64,000 nucleotides of DNA from Takakia lepidozioides (taxonomy: Eukaryota > Plantae > Bryophyta). Position 1 is the stretch's first letter, and the number at the start of each line of letters is the position of its first letter. The translations under genes were made by a program, and so were the position numbers. The stretch covers positions 17,484,001-17,548,000 of the forward strand of contig CM060733.1 of the NCBI GenBank assembly GCA_030704615.1. The letters are read 5' to 3'. Of the stretch, positions 36,428-49,900 are shown in pieces. The notes under the pieces are model-generated. The model made no database searches. It saw only the letters and a program-made list of their open reading frames with translations, and had not been told where the DNA came from.

Positions 36428-39400
36428 TCAAGCAATCCGATTTGTATCCTGCCGTAGGGCCTTGTGCAGCTCGTTGAAACTCAGTGTTGGAGCATGGATG
36501 AAGACGTCCACTGCGGATATGCAACTCATGTGCTTCAGAAAAATGTAATAAAGGTGTTTGCAGGGGACGTATGCTGCATTCTTCGATTCCATAACAAGGA
36601 AGTCCTCACAGTTGCAAGCTGGGTACTGAGAAACCGTGATTGCATACACGACACTGCGCGTAGTAGACCCGGCTGTTGACAACTGAAATATGCGCCCCAT
36701 CCCGGGGTGAGGAACATCCCTGCAACCTTGCACTATGCAGGGCATTGCAAGAGCGTTGGCCATCCTGGTGTCGTTCGCCTTTGTTGGTGGCCGCCGTCTT
36801 TTCAGTTTCCCCCACCGATGGGTGGGCCAAGCTGCGGGGTCACCCACCGGTATGCGGGGCGAAGAGCTTCTCGTGGGGGGAGGAGGATGACGACTGGGAA
36901 TTGGATTTTGTGGAACGTCTGTCCTCTCCACCAGTCGAAACCCTGAACTTCCTAGAGCGTCTGCCTCCTCCAGGGTAAGATCTGTACCAGTTGCCACAGG
37001 CCAGACTGCTGGTGGTTCAGGCATGCCTTGTACACCATACTTGGGCTTGCCGAAAACTCCTTCTGTGTGGCCTCCACAAACTTTGCACACACAAATCTCC
37101 CTGTGAAGCAAAGGGCAGGCACACCGCCCTGCGGGCTCCTCCGAATCATCTCATTGCATCTCTGGTTGGTGTCGACACGAACAACACAACATTTGCCACG
37201 AAATGACGGACGGGTCCGTGCGATTCTCCACTGCGAGGCCGACACATCTCGCTCCATGATTGGAATGTTGTATTGGGTAACGATAATAGGAGTAGCATGC
37301 TCATCCTCGGCATGTTGTCCGGAGTCTGACAGCAATTCCATGGATGCTGCAGGAGAGGGGGTACGAGTCATGCTGGGAGGAGGCGTGTGACGCAACATCG
37401 TTGCGCCCCGAGGTTGAGTGCGGATGTTCATATCTGATCTCCATGAATCACCGTCGCCTCCGGGCATGTCCTCAATTCTTCTCTTCACCGGCCGGCTGCG
37501 GACATTGCCCTCCAGGCAGTTCCCCCGACTGTGTAACGGCGTTGACCTTATTATTTCCCGCAATGCAGCAGTCCATTTTTTGGGATCGGTCAAACCATGC
37601 GCCGCCCTCATCAGCATCTCCTGCCTGTCCGGCCCGATACCCCATTGCTTTCCTCCCAGAAACTGGTAGTAACGAGATTGTTGCATGATGGCCCTCACAA
37701 TATCTTCTGTTGTTGCTGTCAACATGTCAACGAGATGTGCCGCAGAGGAAGCACGCCAGGAAGAGTGCACCGATTCGGCCATGTTCGTCATCGGCATATC
37801 TGTGTCATCCTCCAAGCTCATCTCATGTTGAAGGAAATTAGAAATGTCACTTATTGTGGAGAATGTCCAAGCACAAAACAGAACAATTGTCAAGTACAGA
37901 AATGTGTTACCTGTCTCATGTAGTCTCCAAACTGGCGGAATCTATAGTGCCACCACACAAGCCACGTTTGTAGTTCTGGCTGATCTTTCACATCCACTGC
38001 CCCTGGAGACACCCACCAGGCGCGTATGGTTGCAAACTCGGTCTCCACTGGAATTCGCATTTTTCCACGCAAGGCACATACTGATATGATCCTGCCGGTG
38101 GCGTGACGCCACGAACATTTTTGTGTTTTGCGTCAAACTCTGCATGAAGTGGAATCCGCAAGATCTCTCCTTACCTTCCATTGGAGTCTTTGGGTCGTCC
38201 CCATATACCCTCCTCACTGCAGCCCAGTTCGCCTGGGCATTGTCAGCCATGAAGCCCCTAAAATCGGGAGGGGGCAACTTCGCTCTCGCCATTTGCTCAT
38301 TAATTCCGCGCCACATATGCAACTCCAAATCTGTGTCTTCTCCTTTCATTTCGCAGATAGCAATGGTCATCAACTTTCTGCAATGTGGGTCGTATACATG
38401 TGCCCCCATTGTCACCCAATCGTGGTTGGTAATTCGCCTGATTGGTCGAACATGACCCAACAATTTGAGAGGTCTCCACTGGTCATCCGCTTCACCAAAT
38501 CGACACCGCTCCCCGGTCCGCACGTTGACATCTTAAATATGAAGCACCTGTCCGTCTCTGAGCCTTGACCAGGAAAGAAGCTGCCCTGGATGAAGTCGTA
38601 GCCGCATGTGCGCTTCACTTCCAAGATGGAGTGCACGTCTGATCCTCTTCCGATTCGTTTCTTGCAGCCGACAATGTGGTTCCTGACATTGGGGCTGCAC
38701 ACATGGGAGACAGCTTCTAGCAGCTCCTTCATGTCCCCCTCGCCCAGCTTCTCTCTTGTGCTTCCGTCCTCCGACATTATTCTGCCAATTGCAATTCTAT
38801 GTGCGGATGCGAGTTGTATCTGCTTTGGTTTTGCTGATCCCGGCCTGAACCTCACCTCCTCCTTGATAATATCGTGTGCTTGTTGAAAAACGACTCTGCA
38901 ATTGCCTCTGGCGACGGGGTGGTCATGCTTTCCGATGTGAATGCATGCTCTGGTGCACGTTGGGCCAACGGTCCCGACGTAATACTGCTTGGCGTTGCAC
39001 ACTGCCATACACGTAGGGGCTGCGTTGCAATGGGCACACTTGAACGTCCCTGCAGGAACTCTACCTTGAGGCCAAAATGGGGTCGACGAATCGCCAATCC
39101 AATCAGTCTCATTCTGGGTGCCTTTGCTCGTGTAATGGTAACATGTGCTCGAAAAACATTTAAGATGCCCAGCACACAATACATATCTCACTCGAACTCC
39201 ATTACCCAGGTTGGACGATGAAGTTTTGGTGACACACCAAGGGTGGCCGTCATGTTTCCTGTTCATTCATGCCATCATGCCGTCTGGGCCTGCGCCTGCC
39301 GGCACTGGAGGGAACTCGTAGATAGCATTCCCATCCACAACTTCAGACAAAGTTTCCACATAATGGATTGGAGTTTTGTCGTAATCAAGCCTAAGAAGGT

Positions 39401-40016
39401 CACTGGAGCGGGAACCCGTTGTCTTCATCCTCCGCAATATGTCGATTACTGAGCGGACGGAAGTTGAGTCGGAGGGTGTGTGCTCATTGTTTGCCGACTT
39501 CTGAATATTCCTAGTGACAGACGACTTCGAAACATACGATGGAAGGACCATACAGTCTTCATCGTCACTGGATAAGTCGTGGACGACTGTTTCCCTGTTT
39601 TCCTGGATTTCCCTTTTCACATGTTTGGGCTTCTCTGCTTGTGAAGAGGTGCCCACATCCTTCATGGCAGACTTCACATCTTGCACGCCAGACCCTCTTG
39701 TGGAAGGAGGATCAACCAAGTTCCAGCCTGGGAACTTTTTAGGCACGATTTCACCAATTGCACTGTACCGGATGGATTCAGAAGCTGGGAGCCGCCACTC
39801 TCCCTTTCCGAAATCTGCATGCAGAATGACGACACTTTCCATAAAATTTCCATAAGCATCCTTCATCTCCTCTTCCAAAAACACCGTTCCAGGGCGGAGC
39901 CCGAACTTCACACACAAGTACTGCTCAGTGACAATCACAAATCCTTGGTCGCAGGGTATTTTAGCTTTCAGAGAATCAGGATGGAAGTACACGTTTACCC
40001 AAACACGGGAGTCCAT
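36428..40016 (-). pseudogene. Family-D MULE transposase (diverged from A) with a stop and frameshifts
   Basis: KHDGHPWC, WVMFD, FMADNAQANW, SCGFHF, NMAESVH and SWIM CNCEDF...CKHLY. Intron at the same position as in A. Confidence 0.88.
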
Positions 40017-43000
40017 GTTGAAGACGACAACTCTCGGTACGCTCCGCAGCGAAGTCCTGCAATGAGAAGAGTGTGTCCTACATAATACCACAATCATTTT
40101 CTGGAGGATTATGTATCCAACAGGATGGGTGATTAGTGCACCCATTTTAGCGATGCAGCTCAGGCAAGGCAATATTTTCCCGATAATTAGATTAAAGATT
40201 CTATAGTGATTTTGTACATGCTATGGATTAGAGTGTAAGATTACAATTGGTTCCTCTGGAATTTGACCGGGGATATATACTATTATTCTTCCATATATGT
40301 AGTGTTAATTGACATAAAATACATTTTTAGGGGTTGGTGTGCCAAAGCTGTGTCACCTCTTCCAATTTTCAAATGAATAGGTATGTAATGTTTCAATCTT
40401 CAGAATTCATTCCTAGTGATTTTACGCTTCATCCAAGTGTTAGCAAGGGTACCGATTTTACATCCGCAGATAGAGGGGTTATTGTACCAACCAATCAAAG
40501 CCTGTTTTTCTACCCTGTCAGTAAATGTGTTAGGTCGAAAACTAAACAAGGGTCACTGATTACCCTATGTATCTAGTGTGCTCTGATCCAATGGAAGAGA
40601 GCCACATCATCGATATGCTTCAAACAGCCCGTTATGAGAAACTATTGAGCAACAGATGGTCACTAGTTCATGGATGAAGCTTTCCATTTGGAGCTGTGAT
40701 ATGATGTTTTCATCCCCGCAGCAGGTAGGTAGATAGGTAGTTAAAATCTTGTAGGTCGTGGAATACCACATATAGCACCCCTCCTCAAATCCAAGAGAAA
40801 CATGCCACATCAGCGAGTATGCTCTAAAACCTGGTTATGAACTAGGTAATCGGCGAGAGGCCACCGGTTACCGCATGTAGCTGAGGCACGGTAGTGGCCT
40901 CAAGCCGGTTACCGGACATAACCGGGTTTTCGAAACATCGAGAGTGACAGTCATCCATGTTACCTAGTCCTTTACATCCATGCGCAGCCCATGTTATCCA
41001 TTCCACCATCCAATGGGATGGTGGCTTGCTACCTTGTAGGTAGGTAGGTAGGTAATCAGTACCAAATCTTTTCAGGGTAGCAGGTTACCGCCTGTAACCC
41101 GCGTCCAGTGAGCCAGTAGTTAGTAGACACGTACTCGAGATGCTTCGAAGACTCAGACGAGGTCATGGAAGTTCCGAGGTCGTCCTGGAGATCAGGCAAG
41201 TCCTCAATGGACGTCAGTGGAGGACCGGTTATGAGGGATTCCTCCCTTCTACCAAAAAAATCAAAACTCGAACAAGTCAGCTTTTCCGTGGAAATGCTGT
41301 GGCATGCCGCGTGGCATAAGCTGCACGCAGACGAGGCCGCGTGCTATAGGGGTGATGGCAGCCTTGCAACACCTTCGAGCACGCACACGGCAGTCCTGTG
41401 CGTGCTTGGATGCAGCAGTGGAGCAGGCAGGATGGTGGAGCTCAATGAGCTCTCTTGCCAGAGATTGAAGCTTGAGGAAAACAAAAGGATCTGGCTAAGT
41501 AGCTGGAGTCGTGGAGAGAAGAGAATTGTGGGCGTGAAGGAGGGAGGGGCGATTTGGGGAGGTATGGGGGCGTGGGTGAGGGTGGAGCATTGGGTGTGAG
41601 ACCGGGTGCACGCGTTGGTGTGGCCGCTGGTGCGGTCGCGCATATACTTGAAGTTAAGAGCGCCAAGGCAATCGTGCCAGTCTCTTACTGTGGGCTACAC
41701 CATTGATCTTACACTCGAATGACTTGGCAATCCTTCGTAGGAACAGTTGTAAACAGGAAATTGACAGGAAGTAATGAGACATTTGTGGTGGCAATTAGGC
41801 TTACTACAATCATACATTACTTACTGCATCCTCTCCAGATGTCGCCTTGTTTGCGAAGATTGTTTTGCTTGTTTGGGGAGGAAAGACTTAGCGGTCGAGG
41901 GAGGGGGAGTCTTATGAGTGAGAAACTGATGACGAGGTTGATCCGACCGCTAAGCCATAGAATGGCAACTCAATCTGAATCATGTTTTTGAGGTAGGCCG
42001 ACCCATTGATCTCTGGCGAAGGTGGAGATTATGAATGTGTCGTGTATGTAAGGATTGCAACGACTCTGCTCCACTGCCTTCATGTTTAGTCGGTTGATGA
42101 GTGGAATGGAAACCGAGCTGTAGGAGGCCATTAAAGAACGGGGAATCAATGATATAAGGCGGCCTTGGTAATTCCTGCAGTTGAAAGTGCTGTCTATTGA
42201 AGTGCTGCCACCTGACATTGGTTGCATGGAATGCAGCCTTACCTGTGGGCTACGGGGCTCTGATCGGTGTGGCTGCGACTGCGGGAGCATTGGGATTGAT
42301 GAAGGTATTCCGTGCGTGGTATCCAGTGCAGCAGCGATCCATAGTTTCGAGGTTCACTGGTGTATTCCGCTCTAGAAGAGTGAGTTCTGTCCTGTCCTCT
42401 TCAAGCTCGATAGATTGTGAATGTGATCACACTGCGTGGACGTGTAGCCGCGGGTGTGGGTATGCCTTGAGCTGAAGGACATTCTCTAAAGAGACAACAA
42501 TGTGTATATCGGATCTCATAGACAAAGACAACTAACTAACGTCAGCTTCTATTTTGGCAATGAGATGGAAGCTCCACATGGCCTACTTTCAGTTGGGGGG
42601 GAACACATGCCGCCAGGGTGATGATCTTTGATGTCCCCACGCATGGCCGGCATGTCACCCCGCACGTACCATCTTCACGGCTCTGCTTCTCAGCTTCACG
42701 CGAATTGGCACTCATCAGCGCGACCACGTGGCTTGGTCGTCGAGGCTGGGATGCGTATGTAAAGTGGCCGAGCAGCACCGATTTGTCTAACCAAGCTTGT
42801 GGTGAAAGGCTGTCTCAGGAACGACGATTTGTGCATATTGAGTTTCAGGTATGTCATCGCAGGTCTAATGGCTTTGTTGTGCATGTGGAATGCAACGTAT
42901 GTTCATTGGGAAACTGCAGTGCCTTCACAACTAGGAATGGAAGGCGAGGTTTTCCAGTGTTTTCGAGGTTTTCAGGTGGATCTTTGATAGAGGAGGAAGG

Positions 43001-43096
43001 GGTATGTTAGTTTAAGGGGGCAGCAACACCCTAGTTGGATGGCAGGCTAATGGATGGTCGCTGAGTGCAGTGGCTGTGCAGTGGTTGTGAGTGAAG

Positions 43097-43606
43097 ATGG
43101 CGGACATTCCACGTTTCGAGTTGAACACGGGGGCCGCCATCCCCGCCGTGGGGCTGGGCACCTGGCAGGCTGAACCAGGGAAGGTTGGCGAAGCTGTGAA
43201 AACCGCGATTAAGGTATGTTTAGATGTCTTGTCTTTGCGTTTCCGCTGTAGGCAGGCTACATTTCGACCTAAATCATAGCGATTATGATAGATGTTGGAG
43301 ATTCTCGCCTTATGTATGGGAATGTGTACATCTCTATGCGATGCCTTCAGTATTGTTATATCTTGGAGGTCTAAGCGACGTTCTGATAGTTATTCTCTTG
43401 TTGAGGCTAGCTACTTGAGCAAAAGTTTGCTGTTCCTCCAATATTAGTACGTTGGATTTGATTCTGTGATCTAAGTGTGATGTCTGACACTGGTAGATTG
43501 CATCTGCAAGCTCTTTATAAGATCTAATGGTTGCCTTGTGCAATGACTGTGATAGTTGGGATACCGCCACATTGATTGTGCGAAGGCTTATTCCAATCAG
43601 AAAGAG
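43097..43606 (+). pseudogene. Host aldo-keto reductase (AKR4C-like), exon 1 (43097-43213) and exon 2 (43556-43606); disrupted in intron 2
   Basis: [39 protein letters not shown] / LGYRHIDCAKAYSNQKE, with GT-AG boundaries. Confidence 0.9.
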
Positions 43607-44124
43607 GTGAGATTGATTACTTCTTCTTGAGTAATGGATTTTTTTCCTCTCTGGGTGCCACTCATATTTCATTTTCCGGGGGTTGCTATTTCATGAGCCA
43701 TGAGCCATGAGCAGAGTCGTAAGTGTGGAAAAAAACATGAGCAGCACTATTTTCCGGAAATGAGTGTCCGCGGGAATAGGGTTTAGGGTGCCACGGTCAT
43801 AGGGGGAGAAGGACCTCCCGATGAAGGAGGTTCGGCAATGTTATTTAGAATTATATATTGAAAGGCAATGTTTCGCGAATGGTAGGGTGGTACTGCTCTG
43901 TACAATGGGGGCCCATTTCAGCCTACCAGCCACTTGCAAAATCCACCCACACTCCCAATCCCAAACGAAATGAGCAATGACGCATTCTCGGAACGATGGA
44001 CACAGAATAGAATAAAAAGAGGGCACAATGAGGTTTTTATTGATCCACATGAATTGCATTTGAAGCACGTCTACTGTGCTGATTGTGCCATCAAATCTTG
44101 AGCCCTGTGCCTACTGAATACAAG

Positions 44125-44688
44125 TCACGTTGTCAATGGGACTTCGACTGCTCTCAGAACTAGCTCATGAGTCATGGGGCTCCTCCATGTAAAGTCGATT
44201 GCAGCCGTTGTACCGCCCCTAGTGATGTTCACCACAATGTCCTGCCCTTCAATCATACCACCATCGAATATGGAAATCTTCACGTTTTCGTCGTCCACAC
44301 CAATGCGAATGTCCCCATACAATGGAGAAGAGGAGCGCACTCCTTCAGGAGAATAGGTCTCTCCGATGGAGTCCACCCACGTCCAGTGGCAGCAGTTCCA
44401 CCGCAACAGCATAGCAGTGCGCCTTCTTCTGCATGGGTGACTGTCGTAGCTGGGAAAATCGGAATCGAGGATGCGCAGGAGCCACGGACTCCTCAGACCA
44501 AGATCGTCACCCCGCTCGAAGGCGTAGTGGCCTACGATATACTCAAAAGCCACCAATGTTTCCACAATCGAACCAGTATCTTCTGTGTAATCTGTGTACC
44601 AGATAACAATGTCTCCCGATGTGGCCGAATACATTGCATAATCGATGCCTCCAAATGGGCAGTCGTCCCGGTTCCGGAAGCACGACAT
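44125..44688 (-). CDS. ORF-X2 copy
   Basis: Near-identical to 35146-35709; frame open. Confidence 0.7.
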   Translation of the reverse strand: MSCFRNRDDCPFGGIDYAMYSATSGDIVIWYTDYTEDTGSIVETLVAFEYIVGHYAFERGDDLGLRSPWLLRILDSDFPSYDSHPCRRRRTAMLLRWNCCHWTWVDSIGETYSPEGVRSSSPLYGDIRIGVDDENVKISIFDGGMIEGQDIVVNITRGGTTAAIDFTWRSPMTHELVLRAVEVPLTT

Positions 44689-45238
44689 CCTTGCAAAGGA
44701 GGACCTGAGGACGACTTGGATGCCGATGACCTTGCGGACAGCTACGAAGCCCTTAGATTTTGGAAATGATGCGAAGCGGAAGAGCAGTCCGGCCTCCAAT
44801 AATGGAGCATCTGGGTCACACGTACCCACCGACGGAGGTGGAACGTGTTCATCACGCCAGCGGTGGATGAACCCATACATCTTTCTCATCAACAAGTTAT
44901 AGCTTGAGATCTGCCACTGAAGTCCATCCCCCCGGATGGAAATTCGGCGCCGCATTTACATCGAAGAGGGGATGGACTTCGTCGTGTCCAGTGGCTATCG
45001 GCCCACCTGGCAGTGATTGCCCATAGTTTGCATGGCAGGGTAGGAAACTGAAACGGCTACATTCATGCAGCAGCCAATCTTCATCGGTCCAGGATCCTGT
45101 AGGGGGGAAATTTAAATGTGCCCTGGAGTGTTTGTGAGGAATTGCAGCGTTAGCTTGAACTTTTTCCAGCCACCGCGGTGCTCCTCCTCCATCCGGGAGC
45201 TGCTGTCATTGAGCGTACTCCGCTACTCTTTTTCAAGG

Positions 45239-45817
45239 ATGTCGTGCCGCCGAAATCCAGCCGACTGCCCTTATCATGGCCACGATTATGCTATGTTCAA
45301 ACCAGAATCAGGAGACATCATTGTCTGGCTCTCTGTTTTCACAGACGCTGCTGGAATCAAGCAAGAGTCTTTGCGCGCAATGGAGTATCTGGAGGGCTAT
45401 TACCGCTTTGAGCGAGGTGAGGGCGAGGGTCAATGCGGTTCGTGGGTCCTGAAAATTGTTGACCTCGATATACCAAGCTGGAAAGGGATGCCGGATAGAT
45501 CACGCACGGCCTCGCTTTGGCGCTGGAACTGCTGCCAGTGGACCTGGGAGGACGGCACCAGGGAAAACTATATACGTGCAGATCACTCCGCTCTTCCAGT
45601 GTATGGAGACATTCGGCTGCGTTGCGAAGACGAATCGCACGGGCACATGAGGCCCACAGTGACCTTGTCAATGTATGATGGTGGTATCATTGATGGACAT
45701 GACATTGTCGTCGGCTCCAGCAAGGGCAGCAGAACGACCGAATTGCAGTTTACCTCGAGGTGCCGCAGCAGTGATGAGCTTATTTTGAGGGGTATCGAAG
45801 TTCCGTCGACTTGGTGA
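45239..45817 (+). CDS. ORF-X1 copy
   Basis: Near-identical to 34018-34596; frame open. Confidence 0.7.
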   Translation: MSCRRNPADCPYHGHDYAMFKPESGDIIVWLSVFTDAAGIKQESLRAMEYLEGYYRFERGEGEGQCGSWVLKIVDLDIPSWKGMPDRSRTASLWRWNCCQWTWEDGTRENYIRADHSALPVYGDIRLRCEDESHGHMRPTVTLSMYDGGIIDGHDIVVGSSKGSRTTELQFTSRCRSSDELILRGIEVPSTW

Positions 45818-46073
45818 AGCCCATGTAGAAGGAGGAAGGGCTTAGTTTTGTTTGCAGTTGGTAAATGTGAGACATCGTGTCCGATCAATAAACCCATCGT
45901 ACCTCACTTCTGTATGATTGTGTTTCATTCTGTTGAATAACTCTCGGAATTGGCCCACTGTTTACAATTTGATGTCTCATTTCTACAATGTGTCTGTCCG
46001 GATGAATATAGCAGAGTAACCGGTATGTGAGTCATGTGTCAAGAATATACCAGAGTAACGTCATGTCGGACAT

Positions 46074-46810
46074 TGAAATGCGGCGACGCATTTCCATGTC
46101 GGCATCGAAATGCGGCACCGCATTTCCATGTCGGACATCAAAATGCGGTGCATCATTTCCGTCCAGGTACACGAAATACCAACACGGATCTATAAACTGG
46201 ACAGACAACGAGGTTGGCATTGCAAATGCGGCGACGCATTTCCAGCTTGGCAATGGAAACTTCTTTTTGGACAAGGGAATGCGGTGCCGCATTTCCGTAC
46301 AACACTTCGAAAAGTGTGACATTTCCGACCAGCGCGATGGAATGCGTTACCGCATTTCCGAGAGAGGGTCTGCAAATGGACAAATTGCGATGTCCGTTCT
46401 GGAAATGCGGCGCCGCATTTCCATGTCCGTCATCGACTTTTTTTTTACAATGGAATGCGGTGCCAATTTTTGCTGATGGGCCTGCAGTTCGAACAACGAC
46501 CATCCCCAATACTGAAATGCGGCACCGCATTTTCAATTCTGCCATCTCGACCTCCTTGTTCGACCTCCTTGTTCGACCTCTGTAAGCGTGGCGGCATCCA
46601 TGCAATGAGCGGGAGAGGCCAAAACTGGCGTGTGGACAAAGGAAATTTTGGAAATGCGGCACCGCATTTCCAATCGGCCGATTACTTTTTACTATGCCAA
46701 CATTGAAATGGAAAATTTAGTCCCTCCCCTGTTTTGGAAATGCGGTGCCGCATTTCCAAAAGAGGTTCTTAGAATTGCCAAAATTTTGGAAATGCGGTGC
46801 CCCATTTCTG
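46074..46810. repeat. Family-A palindrome array (counterpart of 32870-33765, with fewer 33-bp units)
   Basis: Read directly. Confidence 0.88.
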
Positions 46811-46944
46811 ATTTTGGGAGCGTCGTGGTTTGGGCGATTGTGTGGCTGGAATGCACACTGCAGAGGGTCACGAATGTCTGGCAGAATTTCCTTTATATAC
46901 TCTGGAAGAGAATTTACATTTACAGAGACTTCATTAAAATTCTA

Positions 46945-49900
46945 TTAATCTTGAAAATCATCCGAATCCTCATCCTGTTCTAGACTATCCTGCTCCGCCT
47001 CCACCCCCTCAGTGCCTTTCTCATCTCCAGCGGACTGCTCGTTGGCCAGGCTTTCGAAAAATCCCATCTTCCCCTTGCGGAACTGTCCATCTCACCTCCG
47101 TTGGGTCGTCTTCCTCCCTGTCTGCGTCGCTCTCATCCGCTGAGTCACATATGTACTTTCGTACCCGTCTACCTGTCTGAGCTGCTGCCAACTCTTTCCT
47201 TATCCTTCTGTCCTCCCTAGCCCTCTCCAAAATCTGCTCTACTTTACTGGGATTCTCACTTCTTCTAATCGCTGTATTTGCGAGTTTAGCTGCATAACTA
47301 GGAAGGGAGTAGTCCCTCACCGGGCTCGTCATGAAGTCGGCCCTCGCAAAGAACGGGACATTCTTCCTGGCAGGAAGTGTAGGCCCTACATGTTTCGACC
47401 CGGACCCTGCAATCCTGCACATGACAATCATCAACGAGACTAATGAGAACCACAGTCGGGAAATTCGTTTGACATAAATGACCCAGAAGGCTTTGCAAAC
47501 TTACAATGTTTGCACTCACTCGTATTCCGGGTTCTCTCCGCATCAATGTCCACTGTGTCTTCCTCGGACTCCGACGAATCCGAGGAGACTTCCGCTCTGT
47601 CGGGAGCCTTAACATTCCGTTGCAGCCCTTCCAGATGGGATCCCCACACGGATGAATCCTCCTCGTAGGCAAAGAGGTGCCGGTCGAAAAAACCGCCCAG
47701 CCCACATTGAGGCACCTGTTACAATGCCATCCACACATTACCACATGGCGCTTCAGATGTTGCAAACTACATCCTAACGAGAATTTGCAGAACATCATAG
47801 ATCAAGATTCTGTATACCTGTCCCACAGATGAGGTCCAGCACTGTGCCCTCCACATCTGTGCATGTCTCCATAATTGTCTGAATGAAGGCAGGGCTCCGA
47901 GTCCGTGAGTACCGCAGGGGTTCCGTTGAAGTGAGGCTATGAGGGAGAAGTTCCTTGGGAACGTTGTTGAACAGAATGTCGTAATCGAGTGGGTCGCAGT
48001 TCGGGTCAACCTTTCCTCCCTCCTTCCGAAAAGCAAAGGTGGAGTTCTCCTTCACAAAGCAGTATGCATCGAACTGCTTCGTCTGCATACACAGGGGGAA
48101 AACGATTAGAAACCGAATGCGGCACCGCATTTGAAAACACCCAAGCAAATGAATGGACGAGTGCCAGTGTCGTAATCACCTTCTTCCCTTCCGACCAAAG
48201 GCCCAGTGTGTTGATGCACGTCCACTTCTTTTTCAGAATCGCGGGTCCACTTCGCAATTCCAGTCTGAGTGTTTTTTCCTCTGCTCGCCAGGACAACCAC
48301 GCAGCCTCTGTCGTCCAACACCATGCGGGCAAGCCCGAATCCTTTCTTCCAAAAGTCCTCCGAGTACCTGTTCCAAGATGGCAAAGCTTGCAGTCCTTCC
48401 ACAGGCTCTCCGTCCGGAATATCCAAGATGATCATATCGCAAGACCACTCGGTGGCATTTCCGCCCCTCCTACAATCCTTGTCTGCACACACCCTCTCAA
48501 AGAACGAGACCATATTCTGAAATCCTGGGGTGTCGGAAGGCTCTTCGGCAGTCGCCTTCTTCAGTGCTCTGCCCTTCAGACCCTCCATGGTCTTCATGTA
48601 TGCCAACTTGGCTGCCCGTCCATCCAAAGCCGCCAAGAAACTCTCATTTACACACTGGACTACTGTTTCGGGAGCCACTTTCGGCCTCTTCATTTCCACC
48701 GGCTCGAAAGGGTGCCCCCCTGGGAGGTTGAAGAGTGCCTTCTTTGCCGAGCCAGTTCTCGTGCCTCTCGTGACAACGGTGGGCACAGGGGAGGCAGCCT
48801 GCGTTTGGGGGGGTGGGCTGGTTGCAAAGTCTCCATCGGAGTCCTCTTCCTCACCCTCTTCCTGAACAGGCTGTTTCTGCTTCTTCGTTTTGGCGGGTGT
48901 CACAACAGCTGCTCCTTGCTGGCGAGTCCTCTTCTTCGACCCCTTCTGTTGGGCCTGCACAGCTGCATCCACCGTCTTTTGTGCCATCTCAGCTGCCTTT
49001 CTGGATTCTTCCAGAGCAGCAGATTCCTTTGCCGACTTTGGCCCAGCAGGGACACGTCTTTCCTTTCTCTTCTCTTCTGCCAAGGCATGCAGATCTTTCT
49101 CAGACTCGTCAACAATACCGCCAGACATGTCCAGGTACCACGGGCATCCAACGAGATGCGCGGGATGCCATTGTTTCTGCATCTCGGGTGTGTAGACACA
49201 ACTTGGGCCCGCCACGGTCCAAGCCATGAAGAACGGGGGCTCTTGAGCCAGGGCCCCTGTCTGCAGGAGCACGTATTTCATATACCTGCAAGGCAGTCAG
49301 CATGCGTGAGCAAAAGTTGAGACCAACCTACTCGCAGAGTGCCACCAAAACATAAAATGCGAATGCGGTGCCGCATTTCCGAGACAAACCTCGTAACCAG
49401 GCTTCGCATACAAGGGCAGCTGTGCTTCACCTGTAAACAATTCGCATTGCAGCTTTCCCCGCTCCCTCCTGATGTGTAAACTCCACGCTCCTTCTTGCTG
49501 TCTGTAGCTCTCTGGCGAAAAGGTTGTCCTTGTACGCACATCTGAAACGTGTCACGTAGTCTTCCAATGTCTGTGTTCCATCCCATTTGACGTACAAGCC
49601 GAACGAATTTGTGTGCATTACGACTTGCTCCTTTGCATTCGACATTACCTGCGATTCCCAAATCCATTGTCACGTAGCAGTTCAGGGAATTCATGTCAGA
49701 AAAGCAAATCTGGGGAAGTACCTTGAATTACCTGGAACCACCAAGTCATACGGTTGAGCCACACATCCACTGCAGGGTCGGAAACTTCCAGTGGAAAAGA
49801 CCGTGTCTGCCATTTCCGATCCAATGTCAGGAGCTGGAAGAAAGTGGCTATTGCTAGGAAGGAACTTCAGTGCATTGAAACCTCACCTTCTCTTTCGCCT

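Noticed and set aside
40200-43050. Short ORFs upstream of the AKR gene
   Set aside because: No recognisable domain or consistent frame; left unannotated.
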